Assembly: GCA_051859245.1 (NCBI GenBank)
Contig: JBHYGA010000005.1
Coordinates: forward strand, 904,422-968,421
Direction: 5' to 3'
Length of the DNA: 64,000 bases
Source: Gemmatimonadaceae bacterium
GTDB taxonomy: Bacteria > Gemmatimonadota > Gemmatimonadetes > Gemmatimonadales > Gemmatimonadaceae
Shown: positions 38,799 through 48,527 of the stretch, one piece after another
How positions within the stretch are numbered: position 1 is the first letter of the stretch
Layout of the letters: each line of letters begins with the position of its first letter
Program-made: the position numbers and the translations under genes
Notes under the pieces: model-generated
Told to the model about the DNA's origin: nothing
The model's database searches: none
The model's input: the letters and a program-made list of their open reading frames with translations, nothing else

Positions 38799-40085
38799 AT
38801 GTCGTCTGTCAGCTTTTTGGTTGAAGGGGGCCACCGACTCAGCGGCTCGATCCGTCCCACGGGGAACAAGAACGCTGCGCTCCCGGTCGTGGCCGCCGCG
38901 TTGCTCACCGAACATCCCGTGCGGCTGGAGAATGTGCCGCGCATCCGCGATATCGAAACGCTGGTGCAGCTTGTGCGCAGCGTTGGCGCGTCGTGCGAGT
39001 GGACCGGCCCGGACGTCCTCGAGATTCACGCCAAAGAGGTGAAGGCGGCCAGCCTTGATCCGGACCTGTGCAAAAAAATCCGCGGCTCGATCCTGCTGGC
39101 CGCTCCCTTGCTCGCGCGTTGCGGCGAAGTCACCCTCTCCCCGCCAGGCGGTGACGTGATCGGACGGCGACGTCTCGACACCCACTTCCATGTGCTGCAG
39201 GCCCTCGGCGCCACGTACGAGTTGGGTGAGACGTTCACGTTTCGCGCCACGCAGCTTGTTGGCGCTGATGTGTTCATGGACGAACCGAGTGTAACCGCCA
39301 CCGAGAACGCGCTCATGGCGGCCGTTGCGGCGAGCGGCACCACGATCCTGCGTAACTGCGCCAGTGAGCCGCACGTGCAGGATCTGGCCAACTTCCTCGT
39401 CGCGCTCGGTGCGCGCATTGACGGAATCGGCACGAACACGGTCACCGTGCACGGCGGTGCCACGCTCGGCTCAGCCACGTTCGCGATTGGTCCGGATCAC
39501 ATCGAGGTGGGTTCGTTCATTGGACTCGCCGCCGTAACGCGCTCCGAGATCACGATTGAAGCGGCGGGTGTCAGACATTTGCGTTCAACGCTCATGGGCT
39601 TTGAGCGACTCGGTGTGCGTTGTGTGATTGACGGTGACAATCTGATCGTGCCGGCCGAGCAGTCGCTGCAGATCGAACCGGATCTCGGTGGGCACGTGCC
39701 AAAGCTTGAAGATCAACCGTGGCCCGCATTTCCGGCCGACGTCATGTCGATTGCGATTGTGACCGCCACGCAGTGCGAAGGCATGATCCTCATGCATGAA
39801 AAGATGTTTGAATCACGCCTGTTTTTTGTGGACAAACTGGTCGCCATGGGTGCGCGCATTGTGCTATGTGATCCGCATCGGGCAATCGTATCCGGTCCGA
39901 GCCGTCTCCGCGCACAACGTGTGGAGTCGCCGGATATTCGAGCCGGCATGGCGATGCTGCTTGCGGCGTGCTGCGCCGAGGGAACCAGTACCATCAACAA
40001 CGCCGGTCAGATTGAACGCGGCTACGAGCGGATTCATGAACGTCTTGGACGTCTCGGCGCGGTCATCGAACGCGTGGAGCGCTGA
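38799..40085 (+). CDS. murA: UDP-N-acetylglucosamine 1-carboxyvinyltransferase (Asp at the catalytic Cys position)
   Basis: GNKNAALP, PGGDVIGRR, SVTATEN, EPHVQDL, WPAFPAD, DIRAG and RGYE motifs. Confidence 0.96.
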   Translation: MSSVSFLVEGGHRLSGSIRPTGNKNAALPVVAAALLTEHPVRLENVPRIRDIETLVQLVRSVGASCEWTGPDVLEIHAKEVKAASLDPDLCKKIRGSILLAAPLLARCGEVTLSPPGGDVIGRRRLDTHFHVLQALGATYELGETFTFRATQLVGADVFMDEPSVTATENALMAAVAASGTTILRNCASEPHVQDLANFLVALGARIDGIGTNTVTVHGGATLGSATFAIGPDHIEVGSFIGLAAVTRSEITIEAAGVRHLRSTLMGFERLGVRCVIDGDNLIVPAEQSLQIEPDLGGHVPKLEDQPWPAFPADVMSIAIVTATQCEGMILMHEKMFESRLFFVDKLVAMGARIVLCDPHRAIVSGPSRLRAQRVESPDIRAGMAMLLAACCAEGTSTINNAGQIERGYERIHERLGRLGAVIERVER

Positions 40086-40120
40086 CCATTCTGAACGCCA
40101 GCAGGGACAGCGAGGGCCCC

Positions 40121-40843
40121 TTGTCGAGTGCGTTGGTGGTGGAGGAGTTCGCGGCCTTCGGCGTGACCGCGTTCACGACCACGCGCCAGGCCGGGAGCTT
40201 TGGCCTCGGCTCAGACGAGCCAGTGGGTGACGTGATGGCCCGTTGGAGTGCGCTGCTGGATGACTGTCGTGGGCTTGGTGTACCGGCGCTGGCGTCGGCG
40301 GGGCAGGTACACGGTGCCGATGTGATTCGGCACGAGGGTGGCTGGCTCGGCTGGCTGCGCGGCAAAGATCGCGACGGGCACGTCAGTCACTCCGCGCACG
40401 TGGCGATGGCCGTGACCGTCGCCGACTGCACGCCAGTGTTTCTGGCGCACGAGCGTGGTCCGATCGGAGTACTGCACGCGGGCTGGCGCGGTACGGCAGC
40501 CGGCATTCTCGAGCGTGGGCTGAGTGAGCTCGGCGTGCCGGCCGAGGAAGTACACGTGCATCTGGGGCCGTCGATCTGCGGGCGCTGCTACGAGGTCGGT
40601 CCGGAGGTCATTGAAGCCGTGTGCGGCACGCGGGTCACAGAACCAACGCTGCTCGATGTCCGGGCTAATCTGGCGGAGCGGGCTGAACGAGCGGGCGTAC
40701 GCCACCTGTCCATTAGCAGCTGGTGCACAAAGTGTCACAATGACCGATTGTTTAGTCACCGGGCGGGTGATGCCGGTCGCCAGCTTGGGGTCATTCTACG
40801 GTCGAGCCCGCTTGGTTCTCAGGTGCTCCAAATGATGAAATGA
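40121..40843 (+). CDS. pgeF: YfiH/PgeF (polyphenol oxidase-like) family protein
   Basis: QVHG, VADCTPV, HAGWRG, GPSICGRCYEVG and FSHR motifs. Confidence 0.88.
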   Translation: MSSALVVEEFAAFGVTAFTTTRQAGSFGLGSDEPVGDVMARWSALLDDCRGLGVPALASAGQVHGADVIRHEGGWLGWLRGKDRDGHVSHSAHVAMAVTVADCTPVFLAHERGPIGVLHAGWRGTAAGILERGLSELGVPAEEVHVHLGPSICGRCYEVGPEVIEAVCGTRVTEPTLLDVRANLAERAERAGVRHLSISSWCTKCHNDRLFSHRAGDAGRQLGVILRSSPLGSQVLQMMK

Positions 40844-40844
40844 C

Positions 40845-40873
40845 TTGACCTTCCGCGCTCCACTTCGTACGTT
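40845..40873 (+). promoter_or_regulatory. sigma70-type promoter of the rimP-nusA-infB operon
   Basis: TTGACC, 17-nt spacer, TACGTT. Confidence 0.6.
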
Positions 40874-40918
40874 ACCTGACTACGCCCGGTCGCTCACCTC
40901 GAGCCGCCGGGCGTTGTG

Positions 40919-40950
40919 AAGTGTGGGGATGGCCCCCACACTTTTTTGTT
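40919..40950 (+). terminator. terminator/attenuator hairpin in the rimP leader
   Basis: GTGTGGGG-ATGGC-CCCCACAC followed by TTTTTT, lying between the promoter and the rimP RBS. Confidence 0.75.
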
Positions 40951-40964
40951 CTCTGGAGTTTCTT

Positions 40965-41444
40965 GTGGCCGGGCACGCAGGCGATCCGCTGGATCCAATC
41001 ATCACAGAAACGCTCAACGAGCTGGCGTTCGACCTGGTCGAACTTCGGCGCGGTGGCTCCAAGGCGCGACAGGTGTTGGAGATCCGGGTAGAACGGCGTG
41101 ACGGTGAGAAGGTAACGCTGGAAGATTGTACACGAGTGAGTCGGGCGCTGGAGGCCCGGTTCGATGCCATGGAATCGATGCCTGCACAATATGTGCTTGA
41201 GGTGTCGTCTCCGGGTGCGGACCGTCCGCTGCGCACGGCTGCAGAATGGCGACGCTTTGTCGGGCGCCGCGCCACCGTCACCTGTGGCGCGCTGCCCGGG
41301 GGACGTCAGGAAGTCGAAATCCTCGCGGTTGAGGGTGACGAAGGCGCGGCAGGCGCGGTCGTGCGCGACGGCAAGGGTGTGGAGTACCAACTCCCGCTCA
41401 ACACCATCACGCAGGCGCGACTCGCGTTTCACTGGAAACGATAA
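40965..41444 (+). CDS. rimP: ribosome maturation factor RimP
   Basis: VTLEDCTRVSR and YVLEVSSPGADRPL motifs; GGAG RBS before the GTG. Confidence 0.95.
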   Translation: MAGHAGDPLDPIITETLNELAFDLVELRRGGSKARQVLEIRVERRDGEKVTLEDCTRVSRALEARFDAMESMPAQYVLEVSSPGADRPLRTAAEWRRFVGRRATVTCGALPGGRQEVEILAVEGDEGAAGAVVRDGKGVEYQLPLNTITQARLAFHWKR

Positions 41445-41456
41445 GGGGTGTCACGG

Positions 41457-42800
41457 ATGGTCGGGTCCGCCGAGATTCTCGCTGCGATTCGCGAGTTGTC
41501 AAACTCGAAGCAGCTCGATCGCACGGAACTGCACGAGCTGCTCCAGGACGGCATTCAAGCCGCCCTGGCAAAAAAGCATGGCCCTAATGTGCAGGCCGAG
41601 ATCGAGATTGACGAGGACAAGGGCGCGATCAAAATCGTGCTCCTCAAGACTGTGGTCGAAGAAGTCACGGACGCGTCGCGCGAAGTCCTCCTTGAGGAAG
41701 CGCGCTTCGAAGATCCGGACTTCCAGCTCGGCGACGTCATGGAATTGCCTGTCGACTTCAACGAGTTCGGTCGCACCGCGGTGCAGGCCGCCAAGCAGCG
41801 CATTCTGCAGCGCGTGCGTGAAGGCGAGCGCACGCGCATTAAGGATGAGTTCAGTGAGCGCGTGGGCGAACTGCTGAGCGGAGAAGTGCAGCAGATCGAG
41901 CGCGGAAAGCTTGTGATCATGCTGAACAAGTTCCGCGAAGCCGAAGCCATCATTCCGTATCGCGAACAGAATCACCGCGATCGTGCGCATCAGGGTGAAA
42001 CGATTCGCGCAGTCCTCAAGCGTGTGGAAGACACGCCCAAGGGCCCGCGTCTCATTCTGAGTCGGAGCGACGCGATGTTCGTCACGGCACTGTTCAAGCT
42101 CGAAGTGCCGGAGATTCAGCAGGGCATTGTCGAGATCAAGGCCGCGTCACGCGAAGTTGGCAGTCGCACCAAGATTGCCGTTATGTCGCGCGATGCCGCG
42201 ATTGATCCCGTCGGCGCCTGCGTTGGTCTCAAGGGAGCACGGGTGCAGGCCGTCGTGAACGAACTGGGCGGCGAGCGTATCGACATTGTGCCGTGGTCGG
42301 AAGAGCCAGAGCGCTTCGCGAAGCTGGCGTTGGCGCCGGCGCGCGTGGCGCGTGTGTTCAGCGACCCGCTCACGCGGACGATTCAGGCGGTTGTCGACGA
42401 AGATCAGTTGTCGCTCGCGATCGGCCGAAGCGGACAGAACGTGCGGCTCGCGTCGGAGCTCACGGGTTGGAAAATTGATCTGTACTCAAGTCGCGAGTGG
42501 CTGGAGAAGGGCGGTGACATGCCTCTCTTCGCCCCGCTGCCAGACGAAGTTGAGGGCGACGAAGATCTGCCACTCAAGGACATTGCGGAGTTGCCACCGG
42601 CAACGGTCGCGGTGCTCGAAGAGGCGGGCTTCAAAACGCTCAACGACATCCTGGATCTGGATCGCGACGACTTCTTGCGGTTGCCTGGCATTGCGGCGGC
42701 GGAAGCCGATCGCATCATGGCGATCATTGATGAGCTCACCACGGAAGATGACGGTAGCGATACCGCATCCGACGGCGGCGCAGCGTCACCAACCCGGTGA
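41457..42800 (+). CDS. nusA: transcription termination factor NusA
   Basis: FGRTAVQAAKQ, LFKLEVPEI, DPVGACVG and LSLAIGRSGQNVRLA motifs. Confidence 0.98.
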   Translation: MVGSAEILAAIRELSNSKQLDRTELHELLQDGIQAALAKKHGPNVQAEIEIDEDKGAIKIVLLKTVVEEVTDASREVLLEEARFEDPDFQLGDVMELPVDFNEFGRTAVQAAKQRILQRVREGERTRIKDEFSERVGELLSGEVQQIERGKLVIMLNKFREAEAIIPYREQNHRDRAHQGETIRAVLKRVEDTPKGPRLILSRSDAMFVTALFKLEVPEIQQGIVEIKAASREVGSRTKIAVMSRDAAIDPVGACVGLKGARVQAVVNELGGERIDIVPWSEEPERFAKLALAPARVARVFSDPLTRTIQAVVDEDQLSLAIGRSGQNVRLASELTGWKIDLYSSREWLEKGGDMPLFAPLPDEVEGDEDLPLKDIAELPPATVAVLEEAGFKTLNDILDLDRDDFLRLPGIAAAEADRIMAIIDELTTEDDGSDTASDGGAASPTR

Positions 42801-43210
42801 TGACCGACGCGGCGGTTCCTCCGGTGGAGATGCCCGAGGCGATACGCCGCAAGGTGTTGGGTTTGATTGGACTCGGCGTTCGCGGACGACTCGTCGTTGT
42901 GGGCGCCGAGCAGGTGAGGGAACAGGCCCGTAAGGGTGCACTCCGGTTGGCGATTGTGGCGCAGGATGTCTCGCGTCATTCGCTCGACAAGGTGGTGCCT
43001 ATCCTGCGGGCCACACGTGTGGCGATTATTGAGTGGCCGAGTGCGGCCGAGCTGGGCGCGGTAGCTGGACGAGATTCCACGGCTGCGGTCGGTATTGTTG
43101 ATCAGGCGCTGGCGCGCGGTATCCGCGACGCTGTCGAACCGAAGCCCGATGTGGTGGGCTCGGCCGATGTTGGCGATGCGGCGCGACAAGCGCAGAGGAG
43201 GAAGGGTTGA
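42797..43210 (+). CDS. L7Ae/L30e/S12e/Gadd45 family RNA-binding protein (YlxQ-like)
   Basis: LGLIGLG.R..LVVG and ELGAVAGR motifs; lies between nusA and infB. Confidence 0.85.
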   Translation: MMTDAAVPPVEMPEAIRRKVLGLIGLGVRGRLVVVGAEQVREQARKGALRLAIVAQDVSRHSLDKVVPILRATRVAIIEWPSAAELGAVAGRDSTAAVGIVDQALARGIRDAVEPKPDVVGSADVGDAARQAQRRKG

Positions 43211-46122
43211 GCAAGCTTCGTGTGCATGACATGGCAGGTGAGTTCGGCATTACCGCCGATGAAGTGATTTCCCTGCTTCGCCAAATGGACGTCCCGGTGC
43301 GCAGCCATATGTCGCTGCTGACGGACGACCAAGTCGCGCGTGCGCGTGTGCGCTGGGAGCGCGAAAAGCGCATCCGCGCTGAAGCGGCCAATCCGGCGCC
43401 GGAAGCGAAGCCGCGTCGTCGTCGTACCACGGCGGCCGCTGCGGAAGTGGCGCCAACGCCGGCGCCAGAAGCCGTGGACGATGCGCCGTCGGTACGCCGT
43501 CGTCGTCGTGTCGACGTAGAAGCGGCGCAGCAGCAGGCCGATGCGGAAGCCGAGGCCATTGAGGCCGCGGCAGCGGCCGAGGCGGCCAAAGCAGAGGCCG
43601 AAGCACAGCGTCGGGCCGAACAGGCCGCCGCGGAGCAGGCGGAAGCCGATCGTGTAGCCGCCGAGCGTGCGCTGCGTCGGGCTGAGGCTGAGCGTCAGGC
43701 GGCCGAGGCCGCTGCGCAGGCAGCACTCGAAGCGGCGAGCAAGGCACCGGTTGCCGAATCGTCGCCAGACGAACCGGGCGAAGCGGCACCGGCCGCGCCG
43801 GTGGCATCGGTTGAGGTCGCCGCGCCCACGCCTGTTCCGCAGCGCCCCACGCCGGTTGCTTCGGCTTCGCCCAGTGCGCCAGCTGCTCCGGCCGCGCCTA
43901 GCGCGCCGTCGTCGGGCGGTGAGCCGGGTCGTTTGCGTCCGCGTCCGATCGTGCCAGGTGCACCGCGCGGCCGTCCGTCGGCGCCATTTGGCGCGCGTCC
44001 AATCGCCAGTGCGGCACCCGGCGGCGGCCTCGCCGGTGGCGCGCGTCGCGATGATCGTCGTCCCGCCGGCGCGGGCAGCGGTTCAGGCGGCCCGAGTGGC
44101 CCGTCTACGCCGAGCAGCAACACCGGATCGCAGCAGAGTGGCGCGATGGGTGGTGGTGCAGGCGCGCGTCGCGGCAAGAAGGGAAAGCGCGGAGCGGTGG
44201 ATCAGGAAGCCGTGTCAGCAAACATCACCAAAACGATGACCGCCATGCGTGGCCCAGCTGGCCGCCGTGGACGTGGACGTTTTGGCGATGGTCGCGAAGA
44301 GCTTGAAGCACAGCGTGCGGAAGCGGCTGAGCGCGAGAAGAAAACGGTGCGCGTGAATGAGTTCATCACCGTTTCCGAACTCGCGCAGATTCTTGGTATC
44401 TCGGCTACACAGATTGTCGGCTTTGCGTTCAAGACGCTCGGCCTGATGGTCACCATCAATCAGCGTCTCGACTTCGATCAGATCGAACTCATTGCGAGCG
44501 AGTTCGGCTTTGAAGCCGTGCGCGAAGAAGAGTATTCGGCCGATCTCGGTGAAGAAGTTGTCATTGATACGCCGGAACAGTTGGTCTCGCGCCCCGCGAT
44601 CGTCACGATCATGGGTCACGTTGACCACGGAAAAACGTCGCTGCTCGACTACATCCGCAAAGCCAACGTGGTGGCGGGTGAAGCGGGCGGTATCACGCAG
44701 CACATCGGTGCGTATCACGTGTCGCTTCCGGGCGGCAAGATGATCACGTTCCTCGACACGCCGGGTCACGAAGCGTTTACGGCCATGCGTGCACGTGGTG
44801 CGCAGGTCACCGACATCGTGGTGCTTGTTGTGGCCGCTGATGACCAGATCATGCCGCAAACAATCGAAGCGATCTCGCATGCCAAGAGTGCCGGCGTGCC
44901 ACTGATCGTCGCGATCAACAAGGTTGACTTGCCTTCCGCAAACCCGGGCAAGGTGCGGCAGGATCTGTTGCAGCACGATGTCGTGCTCGAGGACTTCGGT
45001 GGCACTGTGCTCGCGTCCGAAATTTCGGCCAAGCACGGTACGGGCGTACCGGGGCTGCTCGACCAGATCCTGCTGCAAGCCGAAATTCTCGACCTCAAGG
45101 CCAATCCTGTGCGCAACGCGGTTGGTACGGTTGTTGAAGCGCAGCTCGATCCGGGCAAGGGTTCGGTGGCAACGGTGCTGGTGCAGAACGGTACGCTCAA
45201 AGTTGGTGATGACTTCATTTGCGGCATGTTTTCGGGACGCGTTCGCGCGCTGCTCGACGAACGTGGCAAGATTGTGAAGTCGGCTGGTCCGGCTATTCCG
45301 GTGCAGATCCTTGGTTTGCCAGGCGTACCAATGGCCGGCGATCAAATGATCGTGGTGGAAGACGCGTCGCAGGCGCGTGACATTGCGCAGCGTCGTGAGC
45401 GCCTGGATCGTGAAGCACGCAGCCGTCGCACGTCGCGCGGCAACGTGTCACTCGAAGACTTCATGTCGCAAACGGCGGCTGGCGAAAAGCGTCAGTTGCG
45501 GTTGCTCATCAAGGCGGATCAGGGCGGTCCGGCCGAAGCACTGGCCGACTCGCTGGGGCAGCTGTCCACCACCGAAGTGTCGGTGGACATTGTGCATCGC
45601 GGCGTTGGTGCGATTACCGAGAGCGACATTCTGCTCGCGAAGGCATCAGGCGCCATCATCATCGGCTTCCACGTGCGTCCGGACAACAACGCGCGTCAGG
45701 CTGCCGAACGTGAAGGCGTGGATATCAAGCTCTATCGCATCATCTACGAAGCCGTCGCCGATGTGCGTTCGGCGCTCGAAGGCATGCTGCGTCCGGAGTC
45801 GCGCGAAGTGGTGGTGGGCGAGGCCGAGGTGCGCGATGTGTTCAAGGTGGCGCGCGTTGGTACGATCGCCGGCAGCTACGTACGCAGTGGTACGATCACG
45901 CGTGGTTCGCGTGTGCGTGTCATTCGCGACGGCGTAGAGATCTACGCGGGTACGCTGGGTTCGCTGCGTCGCTTCAAGGACGACGCGAAAGAAGTCAAGG
46001 AAGGGTACGAATGCGGTATTGGCGTTGAGAACTTCAACGACATCAAGGTCGGAGACATTCTCGAATGCTACAAGACGGAAGTGGTGGCACGCACGCTCGA
46101 CGACGCGACGCGCTCGTCGTAA
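43207..46122 (+). CDS. infB: translation initiation factor IF-2
   Basis: MGHVDHGKTSLLD, GGITQHIGAY, DTPGHEAF and NKVD motifs; TTG start overlapping the upstream stop. Confidence 0.99.
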   Translation: MSKLRVHDMAGEFGITADEVISLLRQMDVPVRSHMSLLTDDQVARARVRWEREKRIRAEAANPAPEAKPRRRRTTAAAAEVAPTPAPEAVDDAPSVRRRRRVDVEAAQQQADAEAEAIEAAAAAEAAKAEAEAQRRAEQAAAEQAEADRVAAERALRRAEAERQAAEAAAQAALEAASKAPVAESSPDEPGEAAPAAPVASVEVAAPTPVPQRPTPVASASPSAPAAPAAPSAPSSGGEPGRLRPRPIVPGAPRGRPSAPFGARPIASAAPGGGLAGGARRDDRRPAGAGSGSGGPSGPSTPSSNTGSQQSGAMGGGAGARRGKKGKRGAVDQEAVSANITKTMTAMRGPAGRRGRGRFGDGREELEAQRAEAAEREKKTVRVNEFITVSELAQILGISATQIVGFAFKTLGLMVTINQRLDFDQIELIASEFGFEAVREEEYSADLGEEVVIDTPEQLVSRPAIVTIMGHVDHGKTSLLDYIRKANVVAGEAGGITQHIGAYHVSLPGGKMITFLDTPGHEAFTAMRARGAQVTDIVVLVVAADDQIMPQTIEAISHAKSAGVPLIVAINKVDLPSANPGKVRQDLLQHDVVLEDFGGTVLASEISAKHGTGVPGLLDQILLQAEILDLKANPVRNAVGTVVEAQLDPGKGSVATVLVQNGTLKVGDDFICGMFSGRVRALLDERGKIVKSAGPAIPVQILGLPGVPMAGDQMIVVEDASQARDIAQRRERLDREARSRRTSRGNVSLEDFMSQTAAGEKRQLRLLIKADQGGPAEALADSLGQLSTTEVSVDIVHRGVGAITESDILLAKASGAIIIGFHVRPDNNARQAAEREGVDIKLYRIIYEAVADVRSALEGMLRPESREVVVGEAEVRDVFKVARVGTIAGSYVRSGTITRGSRVRVIRDGVEIYAGTLGSLRRFKDDAKEVKEGYECGIGVENFNDIKVGDILECYKTEVVARTLDDATRSS

Positions 46123-46134
46123 GGGAGGCCGCAC

Positions 46135-46596
46135 ATGACCGGTGGAGACCCGAGACGCGCTGAACGCGTGGCGGAAGGCATTCGCACAGAAGTGGCCACG
46201 TTCCTTCGAGGTGGGGCAAAGGATCCCCGCCTCAAGGGACTCGTCACGGTGACTGCGGTTGATGTCACGCGCGATCTGCGACACGCCAAGGTGTTCGTGA
46301 GCGTTATGGGCACGGACGAAGAACGCAAAGCCACGTACGAAGGACTCGCGTCCGTCGCGCATCATTTGCGGGGTACTGTTGGCCGCGCGTTGCGTTTGCG
46401 CGCCGCTCCGGAAATCGAGTTCAAGATCGACGAGAGCATTGCGCACGCGGCTCGCATCGAGTCACTACTGGCGCAGGTGCGGCACGAGACCGAAGCAGCG
46501 GCGGCCGCTGATGCTGCGCCAGAAGACGAAAGCGAGGCCAACGTCAACGGCGGCGTGGACGCGACCGATTCACCGTCCGGTGACGACGACCGCTAG
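46135..46596 (+). CDS. rbfA: ribosome-binding factor A
   Basis: [22 protein letters not shown] and PEIEF motifs. Confidence 0.96.
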   Translation: MTGGDPRRAERVAEGIRTEVATFLRGGAKDPRLKGLVTVTAVDVTRDLRHAKVFVSVMGTDEERKATYEGLASVAHHLRGTVGRALRLRAAPEIEFKIDESIAHAARIESLLAQVRHETEAAAAADAAPEDESEANVNGGVDATDSPSGDDDR

Positions 46597-46600
46597 TCTC

Positions 46601-47506
46601 ATGTCGTTGTCCGAACGGCCAGCGCGCACGACGCCGCCGGACGGATTGTTGCTCGTGGACAAACCCGTCGGCGTCACATCGCATGATGTGGTCGCGCAAG
46701 TGCGCCGTGCCTTGCGTACGAAACGCGTAGGACATGCGGGTACGCTGGACCCATTTGCCACCGGCCTGCTCGTGTGTGCGGTAGGACAATGCACACGCCT
46801 GCTACCGTACGTGCACGGCGAGCCCAAAGTGTACCGTGCTCGCATTGCGTTTGGTGTAGCCACGAACACCGATGACGCCACCGGCATTCCCGTTGCGCAC
46901 GGCGGCGCGCCGGATTTTTCGCGACTTGGCGATGCATTGACGTCATTGACGGGCGCACTGTCGCAAACTCCGCCGGCGTACTCGGCCAAGCATGTAAACG
47001 GTGAGCGCGCATACGCACGCGCACGACGCGGTGAAGACGTGCAGCTCGCTCCGGTGCAGGTGACCGTGTACGAATGGAAGGAACTGGCGCGCGGCGACGA
47101 CTGGATCGATGTCGACATCACCTGCGGTGGTGGCACCTACGTGCGTGCACTGGCGCGCGATCTTGGTGTGGCGCTCGGCACGGTTGCGCACTGCGCCACA
47201 CTGCGGCGGTTGAGCAGCGGCGCGTTGTCGGTACGTGATGCCGTGCCGTACAGCGCACTGGTACGTGATGCGCAATTGCCGGTACTGAATCCGCTCGCGT
47301 CACTCAGTGAACTGGCCACACAGCCACTCACGTCAGACGCCATGAACGCGTTGCGCACCGGTCGACAGATCGCAGCCACGGTTGTGGGCGAACGGGCCGC
47401 GCTGGTGGCACCAGACGGGCGCGTTGTGGGCGTGGCGGAGCGTGTGTCCGCGCCCATCGGTGATCGTTGGCAGCCGCGCGTTGTGCTGCTCGGCGAGGAT
47501 GCATGA
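46601..47506 (+). CDS. truB: tRNA pseudouridine(55) synthase
   Basis: [28 protein letters not shown] and GTYVRAL motifs. Confidence 0.96.
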   Translation: MSLSERPARTTPPDGLLLVDKPVGVTSHDVVAQVRRALRTKRVGHAGTLDPFATGLLVCAVGQCTRLLPYVHGEPKVYRARIAFGVATNTDDATGIPVAHGGAPDFSRLGDALTSLTGALSQTPPAYSAKHVNGERAYARARRGEDVQLAPVQVTVYEWKELARGDDWIDVDITCGGGTYVRALARDLGVALGTVAHCATLRRLSSGALSVRDAVPYSALVRDAQLPVLNPLASLSELATQPLTSDAMNALRTGRQIAATVVGERAALVAPDGRVVGVAERVSAPIGDRWQPRVVLLGEDA

Positions 47507-48444
47507 TGATCGTGGTGCAGGATCCGTCGGAGATTGTGTGGCCGGCTGAGCGGGAAGGGGCCGCGATTACGGTGGGCACGTTTGACGGCGTGCACCGCGG
47601 ACATCAGGATGTGGCGACGCGACTGGTGCAACTTGCCCGCGCGCGAAACCTGATGAGCGTTGTGATCACCTTTGATCCGCATCCGCTTGACATCGTGAAT
47701 CCCGCCGCCGCTCCACCGCTTCTCACCACGCGTGAAGAGAAGCTTGCAGCGTTATCGCGCACGGGGGTGGATGTGGTGGTTGTGCTGCCCTTCACGCCGG
47801 CGCTCGCGGCGCTGAGTGCTGATGCGTTTGTGGACGAGATTTTGCGTTCACAGTGCAAACTGCACGCGTTGCTGATTGGACACGATCACGGGTTTGGTCG
47901 CAATCGCATGGGTGACGCGAGTGTGCTGCAGGAGTTGGGCAAGTCGCGCGGATTTACCGTCGACCTGGTGGAGCCGGTGCAGGCCGGGGAAGGGCATCCG
48001 GTCTCGTCCACAGCGATCCGCCGTGCCGTGGCTGGAGGCGATCTGGCGCGGGCCGCGTTGGGGCTCGGGCGGCCGTATTCTGTTGCCGGAACCGTCGTGC
48101 ACGGCGAAAAGCGCGGTCGGCTGCTGGGCTTTCCCACGCTCAACGTGGGCCCGATTACCGACCGCAAACTGCTACCACCCGACGGTGTCTACGCGGTGAG
48201 GGCCATTTTGCCGGATGGCACGTATGGCGGCATGGTGAACCTCGGTGGGCGTCCCACGTGGGACGAGACCGAGCGTAAGCTGGAGGCGCATTTGTTCGAC
48301 GCCGCCGGCGACTGGTATGGCCAGCCCGTGCAGATCGATTTTCTCGCTCGGCTCCGTGAAGTGCGTCGCTTTGACAACGCCGAGGCGCTGCGGGCACAAT
48401 TGGCTATGGACGAGGCCTTGGCGCGAGACGTACTGAGCCTCTAA
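47503..48444 (+). CDS. ribF: bifunctional riboflavin kinase/FAD synthetase
   Basis: [29 protein letters not shown] and EAHLFD motifs. Confidence 0.96.
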   Translation: MMIVVQDPSEIVWPAEREGAAITVGTFDGVHRGHQDVATRLVQLARARNLMSVVITFDPHPLDIVNPAAAPPLLTTREEKLAALSRTGVDVVVVLPFTPALAALSADAFVDEILRSQCKLHALLIGHDHGFGRNRMGDASVLQELGKSRGFTVDLVEPVQAGEGHPVSSTAIRRAVAGGDLARAALGLGRPYSVAGTVVHGEKRGRLLGFPTLNVGPITDRKLLPPDGVYAVRAILPDGTYGGMVNLGGRPTWDETERKLEAHLFDAAGDWYGQPVQIDFLARLREVRRFDNAEALRAQLAMDEALARDVLSL

Positions 48445-48527
48445 GTTACAAGGCTATATCGCACTTTCCTCGTCGCGCGCCTCAGGGGCGCCGCGACGGT
48501 CAATCACGTCTCCAGCCACAAGCCGCG

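Noticed and set aside
43360..44340. Long Ala/Pro/Gly low-complexity region in IF-2
   Set aside because: Variable low-complexity N-terminal regions are normal for IF-2.
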